Assembly: GCA_025201805.1 (NCBI GenBank)
Contig: MU619297.1
Span: forward strand, 1 to 55,298
Direction: 5' to 3'
Length of the DNA stretch: 55,298 bases
From: Parasitella parasitica NRRL 2501
Lineage: Eukaryota; Fungi; Mucoromycota
Below are positions 12,541 through 23,799 of the stretch, one piece after another. The notes below the pieces were generated by a model. The model had not been told where the DNA came from and made no database searches. It saw nothing but the letters and a program-made list of their open reading frames with translations. The position numbers were made by a program, and so were the translations under genes. How positions within the stretch are numbered: the first letter of the stretch is position 1; every line of letters begins with the position of its first letter.

Positions 12541-13754
12541 CGAGAAACGCCCATCAAATGTCCTTCGAATATTTGCCAGAGTCACTTTAGTTGCAATTAA
12601 ATTTTATTTAATCGTAGTTGACAATCTTAAAGCACAATGCTATCCAATAAAAGTAGGTATTAAATTAAATATTGTATCTTGAAGCAACTTATTTTCGGAT
12701 GACTCTATAACTCGAATAACGTTGTAAATGTTAAGGGTAGTGCTAAATAAAAAAAAAAAAGGGACACTGCACATATGGTTAGCACCGGAAATAACGGACG
12801 CATTATACACATTTCAGCATATGACATTATTAACGTGATATCCTTACCCTTTCCTTCATGATGTATGTAGCTTCTCTTGGTGGGAACAGAACTTTTTTTT
12901 TTTAGGTTTAATGAAGGATCGTGATCAGCGGAAATGAAAAGCATTTGAGAAGCAAACATTAGATGCAAATAAAACGTGTATAGATTTCGTAATCTTTTTG
13001 TTACAAGCTTGGTTTGCAATTTGGTTGGAGGAAAAAATGTGGCGTGAGCTTTTTACATCAAATTTATTCATTAAATTCATTGTAGCACATGGCACAAAAA
13101 AGTAATTTTTTACATGAACAAATATATGATATCTCAATTATCTTGATTTTGTGATGTGCCAGTTATTTTAATTATATAATTTCAAAAATGAATTTAATGG
13201 GTAAAGTATTAACTGTAATCTACCAAGAATTTCACATATATGACAGAAATTTAATTACATCTATATATTTACAATAATAAAATAATATAGCGAAAAAAAG
13301 CTTATTTTCAATAATCTCTCTCTTTAAAATTACACGCAAAAAAAAAAAAAGTAAAAATATCAAAGTTTGAACCAATAACGCAACACTGTAAAACCTTTGT
13401 AATTTGCTTCTCAGTTCATACATGTATACAAGCGCCCCCCAAATATTTCTCCCACACAGAGCTCAAGTCAGATTATCGTTTAGCATTAAAATATTCAACT
13501 TTTTTTGCCCATCATTGGACTACAACAAAAAGACCCGTTTTTTGTACTTCCTTCTTAATCGGACAACTAATATTAAAAATAACCCAATTGACGCCTGAAA
13601 AGATCCCAAAAAGTTGGCTCGAGCGATACCAATCAGTATTTGGCATAGAATGAAATATACGACATTACATAAAATATAAATATCAACCTATTTTTCTTGA
13701 TCATTTATCTCTTTTTCTCTTTATTTCTTTTTTTAAATATCCCAATCCACAAAA

Positions 13755-14354
13755 ATGCTTTCCGTAAATAATATGTTGAATGAAAATCAATACAAGAGAC
13801 CGTCCGTACTGGACATCAGTAATTTACTAAACACATCAAATGACCATCAACAAAAGAGTCCATCTCTCTCCCCTTCACTTACATCCTCGCCTGCAAGTGT
13901 TTCATCTTACACTAGCTATCCATTTCCAGTTCAAACATCAGAACCTACTCTGTGGGATGATGTTAAAAAACACAGCAATAGATTAAAACCTCAGCAAAGA
14001 GAATCTTACACACCTATTTCAATGAATGAAGATGATATTGATATGTTGGATGAAGTTGATGAAGAAAATCCTGGTGAAGAAGCAGAGGAAGAAGAAGATT
14101 CAGATTCACCCATCAAAGCTAAACGCAGGAGGGCCAATGCCAAACAGTTGGAAGTCTTGAATAGAGTATTTGATCGCACTTTCTTCCCATCAACGCAAAT
14201 GAGAGCTGAATTAGGACGCCAGCTAGGAATGAGCCCACGTACAGTCCAAATTTGGTTTCAAAATCGTAGACAGGCTATGCGTACAAGAGAGCGTCAAAGA
14301 CTAGTTAGACTTCGCAATAGCGAAACAAAGTCAACTTCAACAAAATCAAATTAG
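13755..14354 (+). CDS. Homeodomain transcription factor
   Basis: KAKRRRANAKQLEVLNRVFDRTFFPSTQMRAELGRQLGMSPRTVQIWFQNRRQ is a canonical homeodomain; intronless. Confidence 0.93.
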   Translation: MLSVNNMLNENQYKRPSVLDISNLLNTSNDHQQKSPSLSPSLTSSPASVSSYTSYPFPVQTSEPTLWDDVKKHSNRLKPQQRESYTPISMNEDDIDMLDEVDEENPGEEAEEEEDSDSPIKAKRRRANAKQLEVLNRVFDRTFFPSTQMRAELGRQLGMSPRTVQIWFQNRRQAMRTRERQRLVRLRNSETKSTSTKSN

Positions 14355-15136
14355 AAAACATCAACATTTGCATCATACACACAAACCAATCCTTGCCCCT
14401 GAATTTATTTAATCGCCTCCCCTAATAATTAATCTCCGCAAATCAATCCTCATTTCAACTTTGCAAACAAAATCAAGAGAGATGCTGTACAAATCAGCAA
14501 CACTTATAATAACAAAATCTTACAACAACGCATTTGATTTATATTAAATTTCTTCCATTAGTTTATTATGTAACCATTGTACGCACTAAAAAACCAGAAA
14601 AATAGCCCCTTATTTATTCTTCGTATGAACCTTTTTCATTATTTTTCTTCCCAAGTAAAGCTGGCTTTCTTAATGCGAATAATAATAATAATAATAAAAA
14701 CTCACCTATTCCTAAAAGTTCTATTTTCTGTTCGCTTCAAATCTCGGTCATATGATTGGATTCATATTTTAGTTTAGCATGAAATGAGGAACCCGGCATA
14801 GGCGCTATTTTTTTTTTACAGTTTTAATTAACTTTATTATACAGTAGGAAATGGATTTTAATTAAAAAATCAAAATTCTCCCTTTTTATTAGTTGCATGT
14901 GTAACATGAATGATTTTTGTTACCTCATTATCCCCGCGCTTCGTTTAGGGTATACAGTGATATTTTATGATACTCGGGTATTCTTGAGAACAGACATACC
15001 GCAAAAGCATTGTCAAAATCTACATAGAATATACAATTTTTACGACTCTGATGAGACTGCAAATAATCAATTGTGTAAAATAAAATGTATCTCGGTGTCT
15101 CGATACGGCTAAATAATAGTTTGTGGGAAGGAAAGT

Positions 15137-15186
15137 GAATTTAATATGATACAAAGTGCGCGCACTTTAGGTATCATATTGAATTC
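15137..15186. repeat. 50-bp near-perfect palindrome
   Basis: GAATTTAATATGATAC-AAAGTGCGCGCACTTT-AG-GTATCATATTGAATTC: 16-bp arms with one mismatch around a perfect 16-bp palindrome. Confidence 0.9.
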
Positions 15187-15202
15187 TATCAANNNNNNNN
15201 NN

Positions 15203-15233
<31 letters not shown>

Positions 15234-15358
15234 TTCATTACACATTTTAACAAGTAAATGGGCGAAAATGTTGGAATTTGGAGTAAATTGAAATACTCTT
15301 CACATTCTCCATTCTTCAATATCAAAAAATTACTCTTCCCTCTCCTTTTTCAACAAAA

Positions 15359-16399
15359 ATGCCCAAGCCTATAAAACATTCGCCTGCCATCAAAGTTGCA
15401 CCCTTCTCCGTAAAACGAAAACAAATCAATTTTAATCTATTGGATACGTCAATTTCAAGAAACAGGTAAGATTGTACAACATGCAGTAAATAGTAACATA
15501 GCACCAAACTGGATTCTTTTTTCCAGTTCTCAAAGTTCCATCCACCCCACATCAATCCTGTCTTCTGAATGTAACGAGTTCTAATATACCAATGCTTACA
15601 AGCTAACTGTATAATATAGCTTTCACTTACAAGCAGCAATTACTGAAAGAAAAAGATGATCAAATCATTGATTTGAAAGTATGGCCGTCTGCTTTTTCCC
15701 CCCTGAAATTGTAAATCTTATTACTAATTGTTGTTCAGAAACAAATAGATGATTTAAACCAAGACCTACAAACAATCAGACACCAAAACAGATTAATGGA
15801 GAACGAGCGCACTAAATTTGAAACCAACATGATAGGTTAGCGCCATAAATCTTATAATTATCTCATATTATGTACTTAATGAAGCTACTAGAAATATGCT
15901 CCCAAGAAAAAAAGCAAGTTGAACTAGAACTAAATATATTAAAAAAGACGCATGTTGAAAAAATAGAAGATCTATCGACCACTCTGAATCATCTAGTCGG
16001 CACAATTGCATATTTGAAAGAGCAATTGATCAAGAATGATATAAAGTTCGAACAAGAAGTAGATGGTGTGGCATTAGACAGACTGATTGAATCACAATCA
16101 TGCTATAAGAGAGATGCCCAGTTTATTCAGGACGCTTACAACAAAGTAAAGCAAGAAACGCAGATGAATCACCCATTATGGGTCAGCATTCAGGTATAAA
16201 CATACATGCAGTTGAAAACCAGGATCTAAACATTGTCATCTAGCAAACAGCATTGTCAATCAAGCATGAGATTAACGATTTCCATGCCCGGAAATCAATC
16301 CCTGTGGCTGACCTTTGCAAATTACTGAGAGATGACCAAAAAAACCATAATTCAGTTCGGTCCCTACTCTTTGGTCGACTGAAAGAGCGCACAAAATAA
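15359..16399 (+). CDS. Hypothetical coiled-coil protein (multi-exon)
   Basis: ATG 15359 (MPKPIKHSPA...), several short GT-AG introns, heptad-rich exons (LLKEKDDQIIDLK; QIDDLNQDLQTIRHQNRLMENER; ELELNILKK...), stop TAA 16397-16399. Confidence 0.65.
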
Positions 16400-16799
16400 T
16401 ACTTTATTTGCTGTCATTTAGAATCTGTCTCACTCAACACACATACACACACACCCACCCCCCACTATCTTTGTCCTACGTTCCATAATGGAGTTTATTC
16501 TTTTTTACGTTTCTGCTCTTGCTCTCCATTTCTTTTATTTTTTTTAAAAAAAATTACTCTTTGATACCACACTTACATATAAATAAAGGAAAATATCTCT
16601 CGAAAAGACTCGAAATGGATTGGTCACACGTAAAACAATGCAATAGTAAATCTCTTAAAGACGTTGTCTGAAGCCAATATTTTACTAGGTAGACTCCTGG
16701 CTTTCAAGTATCTTCAAAGGAAATCCAATTCCTGAATTTGAGCGTACCAATAACAGCTATCAATTTATCAATACTCTCAAAAACCTTAATTTTAATTCA

Positions 16800-17787
16800 A
16801 TGGCCCTCGTCCAGCACATTCTAAACAACAAACGTAAGTAATTAGCATTGGTATAGTACATGACAAGTAACCGGAGCTATTTCAGTCCATTTCAACTTAT
16901 CTAATGACAGTGAAAAAGCAATCGACTCACTAGCAATGCTGGCCGAGTCATTAGGAATGGACACAGTTGAATTAAGCAAGTGAGTAATCTTACTGCGCGT
17001 GGCCAAGGAGCTTTGATTACTATTTCAAGTAAGGGACTAACCAAACAGTAAGCTATTACACAGCTTTATCAAAATTGACTATGGATCAAATGGAATTGCA
17101 TCATGAATCTTCAAAACTAGATGAGATGGAGTACATGTTGAAACAATCCCAGAAGGAAATTGACCATGAATTGAGTTCAATTAAAAGGTTTGTCATTCAG
17201 AACAGATTCATTAACAAACCGCATAACCTTAAAAAAAAAGCATGTTGCTAAATTTTCAACGAGAAACACGAGAAAGCACAGAACAACGACAGCGAGATAA
17301 TTCACTCAATGAAAAGGAAATGCTCATCTCAGAGTATAATCTGTTGCAGGTATATGTTTGTGCCAAATTGTATTATAAATTGCCAACACGGTCAGCAGAA
17401 AAAATATAACGATTTGGGTAATCAAGACTGTACATTGTCGAAAATACACGAATTGGAAGTAAAAACTGACGCTGCTGAATCGCAATGCAGCCAGCAAAAA
17501 AAGATCCTTGAATCATTGACGATACTGCCATCGGTAAAATGAATTAGGCAAGGTTTGAATATGAAATACTAAATACTGCATAAAATCGACTTTAATGATA
17601 TGTAGGACATGGAGCTCGCGTCTATAAAGATTCAGCGTACAGAAAATGAGTTGGTAAGTGTAGCACACTAGGACCCATAAAGTTGGCCAGCAAAGCAACT
17701 AATCTTATACTGCTCTTATCTGCCTTATAGCATCAATTGGAGCAAGAAAGAGAAATGCTTTTACAAGAAATTGTAAATATAGTATAA
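16800..17787 (+). CDS. HAUS1: HAUS augmin-like complex subunit 1-like protein (multi-exon)
   Basis: Spliced product: ...LSNDSEKAIDSLAMLAESLGMDTVELSNYYTALSKL...LESLTILPSDMELASIKIQRTENELHQLEQEREMLLQEIVNIV*. The C-terminal LPxDxxLAxxKI motif and the LAxLAxxLG segment match my recollection of HAUS1. Confidence 0.7.
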
Positions 17788-18370
17788 ACTGAAAAAAAAT
17801 AGCATTGAAGCATCCTTTTTTATTTGGTTGCTTCATATTTTTGATTTGCATTGCTTGTTTTGATATACTGTATGTCTAATGTGATTGAACCATGTTAGCG
17901 GTTTGTTCATGTGGTATTAAAAGATAATGGGCAATGAACTAGACTTTTTTTTGAAGATAGTCTGTTCATCCACATTCAATCTTTCGGTATCGTCAGCAAG
18001 CTTATCACTATAATATTTTGTATATAAAAGCTATGTTTAATTTGGATACTTTTTCAAGGAATGTTAACCATATCTTTGATGCCAAATTATTTGAGTCGAG
18101 GCGTGTTTTGATGTAATGTTTCGAGATTTACGTACATTACAATATTCCTGTTCTATATTCCACTTTAAGTAACCGTAAACAGAGAATTTGAAATCAAAAA
18201 TCAAAACTTTATATGTGGTTACTAGAAATAATCATTTGTGCAATGGTCTTTATTTAATGTTTTAATTTATACCTGCAAGCACTCGTTTTAATGTGGTATA
18301 AGCAGATCATTATTTTTAAAATTCATGTTTTTCAGTTAAGCAAATAAATTTGGATGTTGGTGATATTCAT

Positions 18371-20332
18371 TTAGTTATTATCGGTAAAGGCATTGTCTTC
18401 CCAGTTAGTAGACACATAATCGTTTTTGTATTGTTCATTCAAAGAGTTGATGGCTTCATCTACTTTTTCTTTGATTCTGGTTTCTCTTTCTCTTTCTTTC
18501 CAGTCTTCTTTCACATCTGACTCTGTACTTGATACGCTGCTGTCTGAATCGGAATCATAAATGTCAAAGTCATTTGGTGATAAAAAAATCAAATTATCTT
18601 CATGGTTGACTTGGATAATAGATTCGATGATATCAATGTTTCTCACTATAGTTCTCTATGGTTGTATTGAAATAAGAATATGTTCTTTAGAATAAGACTA
18701 TAAATATTATATTTACCATTAATGATATGATTATTGTGAGATAATCTGCAATGGCACCACCACTTCTCTCAGAAACCGGGATACTGGTTTCCTTTATCGT
18801 TGTGTGCACAGTAGTTTCATTAATAATTTTTGTCGATGTAATCAATAACTTGAGCTTGTTGAAACGACATGATGTGGATGATAAATGTTCCAATGCATGC
18901 GAATGGGGAAGGATTGCCTTCCAGTACATTAGAGATTTTTCACGGAGCTTTCTTGTTTTTGTGATATCTTTTACTGACTCGGCCTCAGTGGGCTTATCTT
19001 CACAAATAAAAACATCGTTGATTCCGGTAATGCTGGTGTTGCAGAAAATAAAGTCGAGCTTGACATTTGGCTCTTGTTCGTTCACTAAGCCTAGTTCTTT
19101 CAACGATTTTACGATCCTTGAGTGACATTCTGACCTAAAAGGATTATCAATATTAAAAACTAAATAATATTAATAATAAATTATACTCTATTATTTACCT
19201 TTTAGTCATATATCCTCCTCGAGAGGCGAATAGGTAGTCGAAGAGATCTCCATAAACCATGATGCGAAACCAATCTTCATTATGGTCAGCATTATCGAGA
19301 AGACCATCCTTATACAAGTAGCATCTAGAAAAAAGAGATTAAATAATAATAGGAGACATTAAATAATTTTATACCGGTATTTACAGTTTTAGAATAGCCT
19401 GCTTGATAAATGGGAGAGCTGTTTCTTTGGTGAATGGATCAATATCTTTTACTGTTGCATAAAGACTCTCTTTATCACGGCATTTGCTGATATTCTTTAA
19501 TAGTACATGCTCATCTTCTTTTAATAAATACGGAAGGTTTAAACCATATGTTTCCTTGAGTGTACGGATTTCATTGGCCAGTTTTTTTGGAATCGATGCT
19601 TTTTTTGTCAAGTCTAAGGTTCCTTCTGAGCCGCTAAAATAAATAAAAAAAAAGGAGTGTTTATTAGTTTTAATTCTTTTAAACAATTTTGTATCCATAC
19701 TTACTGGAATTCTGTTAACTTCTGTAACTGTTCTGGTTTGCTAAGTGCTCTGAACTCCTTTAAATGTAGAGCTTTTCTTTTTTTGCGTTTACGTGAAAAT
19801 AGCTCTTCAATTTCTCTGTGCGCCTTAGATGCGCCAGACGCTGCAGCTGCTTCAGTTTTGTCCACAGTGCTCGTATTTAGATGTTCGCTAGCTAAGCTGA
19901 TTTCTGCATCTCTATATCCTTGGTCCAATATATCATCTCTAACAGACACTCTTGATTGTTTTTGAATATATCTCTTTTGTTCCGAAATATTGTCATTGAT
20001 AATGCTTCGCACAGGTCTTGAATCAATGACTTCAGTTGTCTTCTCAACTAAATGGGTCGCTTTGGTTACAACCTTAGCTGAGCTTTTGCCATGATTGCGT
20101 TTGGAGTCCCAGAATTCTGTCAAGTTTATCAATAGATTTTCTTTTGCTGTTTTTTCATCATGAAAGCTAAAATTGTGACTTAAGCTTTCAATCATATTCA
20201 TGGAACTCCAGTCCTTAAATGGTTTTGAATTTAAAACTTCAGCGATGTCGGAATAAGAAGCTAAAAAAAGTTAAATATATGTAGTAAAGAGGTTAGGAAA
20301 CACTTACCTTCGTTTAATATAGGTTTGACCAT
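18371..20332 (-). CDS. Hypothetical protein with a PD-(D/E)xK (restriction endonuclease-like) C-terminal region, 6 exons, apparently intact
   Basis: Exons join in frame across GT-AG introns; motif NEDWFRIMVYGDLFD...KRSECHS...KLDFIF...DVFICEDK...KDITK has a D...ExK arrangement. Confidence 0.6.
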
Positions 20333-20589
20333 GATTTTTAGTTTTATAAATGTGTTGAACGCGTTTTTAGATTATTTTTTTCCAAATAAATGTAAAAAAA
20401 AAAAGCAAATTTCACATGATATTGGTGTGACCGTAGTTTAATGTACCGGATTTTGAATACAAATGAGCAAAAAAATACTGCAATTAGCTGAATTTGCCAA
20501 AAACTTTTGTTGAATTTGGCAAAAAAAATTGACTAAAGCATCACATATTCGTACTAACGGTATGATTTGACATGTATCTTTATTGGCAA

Positions 20590-21629
20590 ACTAATAAACC
20601 TCTTTTTTTTTTCTGCGCAATCTGCGAAGAACTGAATACTGTGATCAATCCATCCTTTGCAATTTTGCTCAGAAATCTCATGAGTACTCTGTTTGATGTA
20701 CTCAATCAATTCATTTGAGCCTCTCAAACCTGGTTTTCTTTTGAAAAGTTTTCAGCTTCGAGAAACACTCCTCAATGGGGTTGAGGAAAGGCGAATAAGG
20801 AGGCAAAAGGCACATGTGATGATTTGAGTTTTTGAATAGCTCTTTTACCGCAGGCGATTTGTGAATGGAAACAGCTTCTTCATAATCCCACTCACAAAAT
20901 CCTTAAATATCTCCCCTGTCGTGCCTCCTTTGACAACTTTAACTGAGACATCTTCAACGCCATGGTAGGAGATGCCTGCAAGAATTGACAAGTTTACAGT
21001 TCGCTTCGTGGCATTAAAAACTACGCTTGAAGAGCCTTTCTTTGGAGTAGCCTTTTCCACGCTCAAGGTTAGCATTGAATCCAGCCTCGTCCACAAAGAT
21101 ACAATTGGTCTTGTAGGCGATACCTCTTTCAGGTAATCTTTGGACAACATAATCGTATCTTTGCTGGATCGTTGCCTCGGTGTTTCTTCGCTCCTCCACT
21201 GGCTTTGTACGCTTCAGCGTAAATCCAAGGCCATTGACAAGGTAACGCCACACGCCACTTGTAGATATGCCTTTGCAAGCAAGATCTGGGAACTTCTGTT
21301 CCAATGCTTCCTTGAGCATATCAAGAGTCTGCGTGCGGTCCTTGTCCAAGAGCTCTTTCATATACTCTCCATGCTCATGCTCAAACTTTGTTGTCTCCTT
21401 TTTTCTTCCTCCCCTTGGCTTCTTCTCCACACGGCCCTCCGTGTACCAAACATCTAGGATATTTCTGACAGATGAGGTGGACGATTGGTATCGCCGCGCA
21501 GCCTCTGAAGCAGTAATTGTGCCCTTTTCTGCAACTTGCTTGATGACAAGTTGTCTAATGACGGTTGGAATATCCTTGTACGATTTTTTTTTCGGCTCTT
21601 CTGTCTTTGGTTGATGAAGTACGAGGCAT
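20590..21629 (-). mobile_element. Tc1/mariner-IS630 transposase pseudogene
   Basis: HTH region (ASEAARRY...), CIFVDEAGFN (first Asp) and LPPYSPFLNPIEE present; frameshifts, and the DNAxxH segment is missing. Confidence 0.85.
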
Positions 21630-22126
21630 TTTTTTAGATCAAGTGTGATTGAGAAATGTGAAATATGAAATACTACGGTATGTAAAAGAGAATAGAAAGG
21701 TTATAATTAAGCAGAATGTAAGCCATGTAATGTATACGGTACAAATGATGCAATGATTACCATCCTAATTAACGTTTCATGTTACGGCACCGGTACCGTA
21801 CCTTTCTACCGTACCATACCTTTCCTCCTAAGGATATTGTGCAATACCAGCTATTAAATCAGCCAAACGAATATTCTTTTCGATCACTCCCTACATCTTA
21901 TTTTATTAATGTTACAGTGTGTAATTTGAAGATACTTTAAATATTTGGCAAGCAATACAACATTTCTTGGCTCAAAATACAATCTAAATCTTTCATCAAT
22001 TCTGTGTATATCACATACGTATATTATTTTTAAATTTTTAATGATTGAATTTTCAAACCATTAACCCAACTACTTAACGGCTGTAGTGCTGGTATCTATT
22101 AGTCAAGTTGCCTCGAATTGTCACTT

Positions 22127-23299
22127 TCAGCGGTAGCTGTTATTTTCATAAGAGGATAGGCTGTTATTTTCATCGATCAAGGCAAGAGGTGTCGAAAAAA
22201 CAAGTGAATGATACGATGGCAAATCAGAACCGCTACAGACTTGACTGGGCGGTTGATAACCAAAATAATCATCCGTTCTGTCGCTATGGGTTTGGTGAGA
22301 TGGGGTGACCGGAAACGGATCATCCATTGGTGAGTGGGGAGAACTAGAATCCAGATATGGCAAGGGAGGGTATGGTGCCGATCTCCAGGCGTTTTCGTAT
22401 GTTGGTAGTTCGTCATCTTCTTGTAGTTGTTCAATTCTTTGAGCTACAATGTCAATTGGTATTGTTGCTCGCAATTCTGACAGATCCCCTCGTCCGTTGA
22501 TTAAGGACATTGTAAACTTGAGCTTGTGTTCTATTTTGAAGAATTGGTTATGTGTATCACATTGTATCGAATCGAATGAATGTGGAACTGTCATGACTAC
22601 TGATTTATTCCAGTGTAACCCTTCGGAAGGAAACGATTCATCCCTGAAGAAGCGAATAATTCGTGATTCTGTGTGAGTGTTGCTATCGGTGGCACCTTGC
22701 ACAAAAGTTGTGTATTCCTTGAGAAAGCAAGACAAGTAGCGCACATGGAGCCTATCAGAGTTTGGCTTTGGCACAAGCGAAAAGTCAATTGGGATTTGCT
22801 CTCCACGGCTGTAGATCTTTTTGGGCACTGTAATTCGATAATCAATCTTGTTGGCCCACTCATTTGAGATTTGCATGGGTAGATTTGACATGTGGTAAGT
22901 TGGGATGCTGTGGCGAGCAATTCGAAGAGCCTGGCGATCAATGAAGTTGGGAGAGAATGCTGGTCGGTCGACAATAGCCTTTAGCTTGTATAAAACAGAG
23001 CCGTACGAATATGAGTCAATGGATTCAGGCAGGCTGCCAGGAAGAATGAACTCAAATGGGTATTTGTATACATTGGGAGTCAATACATGTACTTTCTTCT
23101 GATGCGGCAAGAAGCTCCAGTTGTTTTCTAGCACAGTAAATTCTTTCTTGTGTTGGTGGTTGCGTTTGCTCCACTGTAATTTTATTTTGCCTGACAAATT
23201 CATCGTGATTGATCTGATCTTGATTGTTTCCTTGACATTGAGCAAAAGACAACCTCTTAATTCGCAGCCGACTGATTCTTCTGGATTTCCCTGCTCCAT
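22127..23299 (-). CDS. Alpha-arrestin (Rsp5/Nedd4 adaptor, CreD/Rod1-like)
   Basis: GNPEESVGCELRG, YKYPFEFILPGSLPES, VLYKLKAIVDRP, NEWANKIDYRI, IEHKLKFTMSL; PY motifs LPTY, PPLPY, LPSY. True start uncertain. Confidence 0.88.
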   Translation of the reverse strand: MEQGNPEESVGCELRGCLLLNVKETIKIRSITMNLSGKIKLQWSKRNHQHKKEFTVLENNWSFLPHQKKVHVLTPNVYKYPFEFILPGSLPESIDSYSYGSVLYKLKAIVDRPAFSPNFIDRQALRIARHSIPTYHMSNLPMQISNEWANKIDYRITVPKKIYSRGEQIPIDFSLVPKPNSDRLHVRYLSCFLKEYTTFVQGATDSNTHTESRIIRFFRDESFPSEGLHWNKSVVMTVPHSFDSIQCDTHNQFFKIEHKLKFTMSLINGRGDLSELRATIPIDIVAQRIEQLQEDDELPTYENAWRSAPYPPLPYLDSSSPHSPMDDPFPVTPSHQTHSDRTDDYFGYQPPSQVCSGSDLPSYHSLVFSTPLALIDENNSLSSYENNSYR

Positions 23300-23799
23300 A
23301 GTATATTCAGCTCAGTTTCAACATTTTGTATGCTCGCACAGACAGTTTTTACGTTGCGAGCTAGCAAAATACACTAACGATGAGTCTAATGCTGATCTTA
23401 TCGAGGACATTGTTATTTACTCAGTTCATGCTAGGAGAGACAGCGTCATTATGTAAAATCCTGCTCATAGGGCCTGAATTATGAAAGTGGAAAATACACA
23501 GGCCTGTAAGTACGCCATATCCCAGGATCCCGCATCTTATTAAGGTTCAAGAAAATTCTTTGATGATCTTTTAAACAATTGTTTTGTATGCGGTTATGCT
23601 TATATAATAAAAGATGGCACTTTCTTGAAAACGGGATTTTCCAATACGACAAAATTGTCTCCAGTGGCATGGATTAATGAACAGGTCAAATAATAGTTGG
23701 TTCTTACTGGCTTGATATTTGCATAAATAGGATTGGCCTCGTTTAATTTCATTCATCCTTTTACAAAAATATACAACTAGTCTTTAATTCATTTCAACA

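Noticed and set aside
13755-14354. Mating-type locus
   Set aside because: Mucorales sex loci use HMG genes (sexP/sexM) near tptA/rnhA; none is seen here.
23479-23670. Shared L(N/D)KMRDP peptide here and near 38490-38520
   Set aside because: The match does not extend and neither has a supported gene structure; likely chance.
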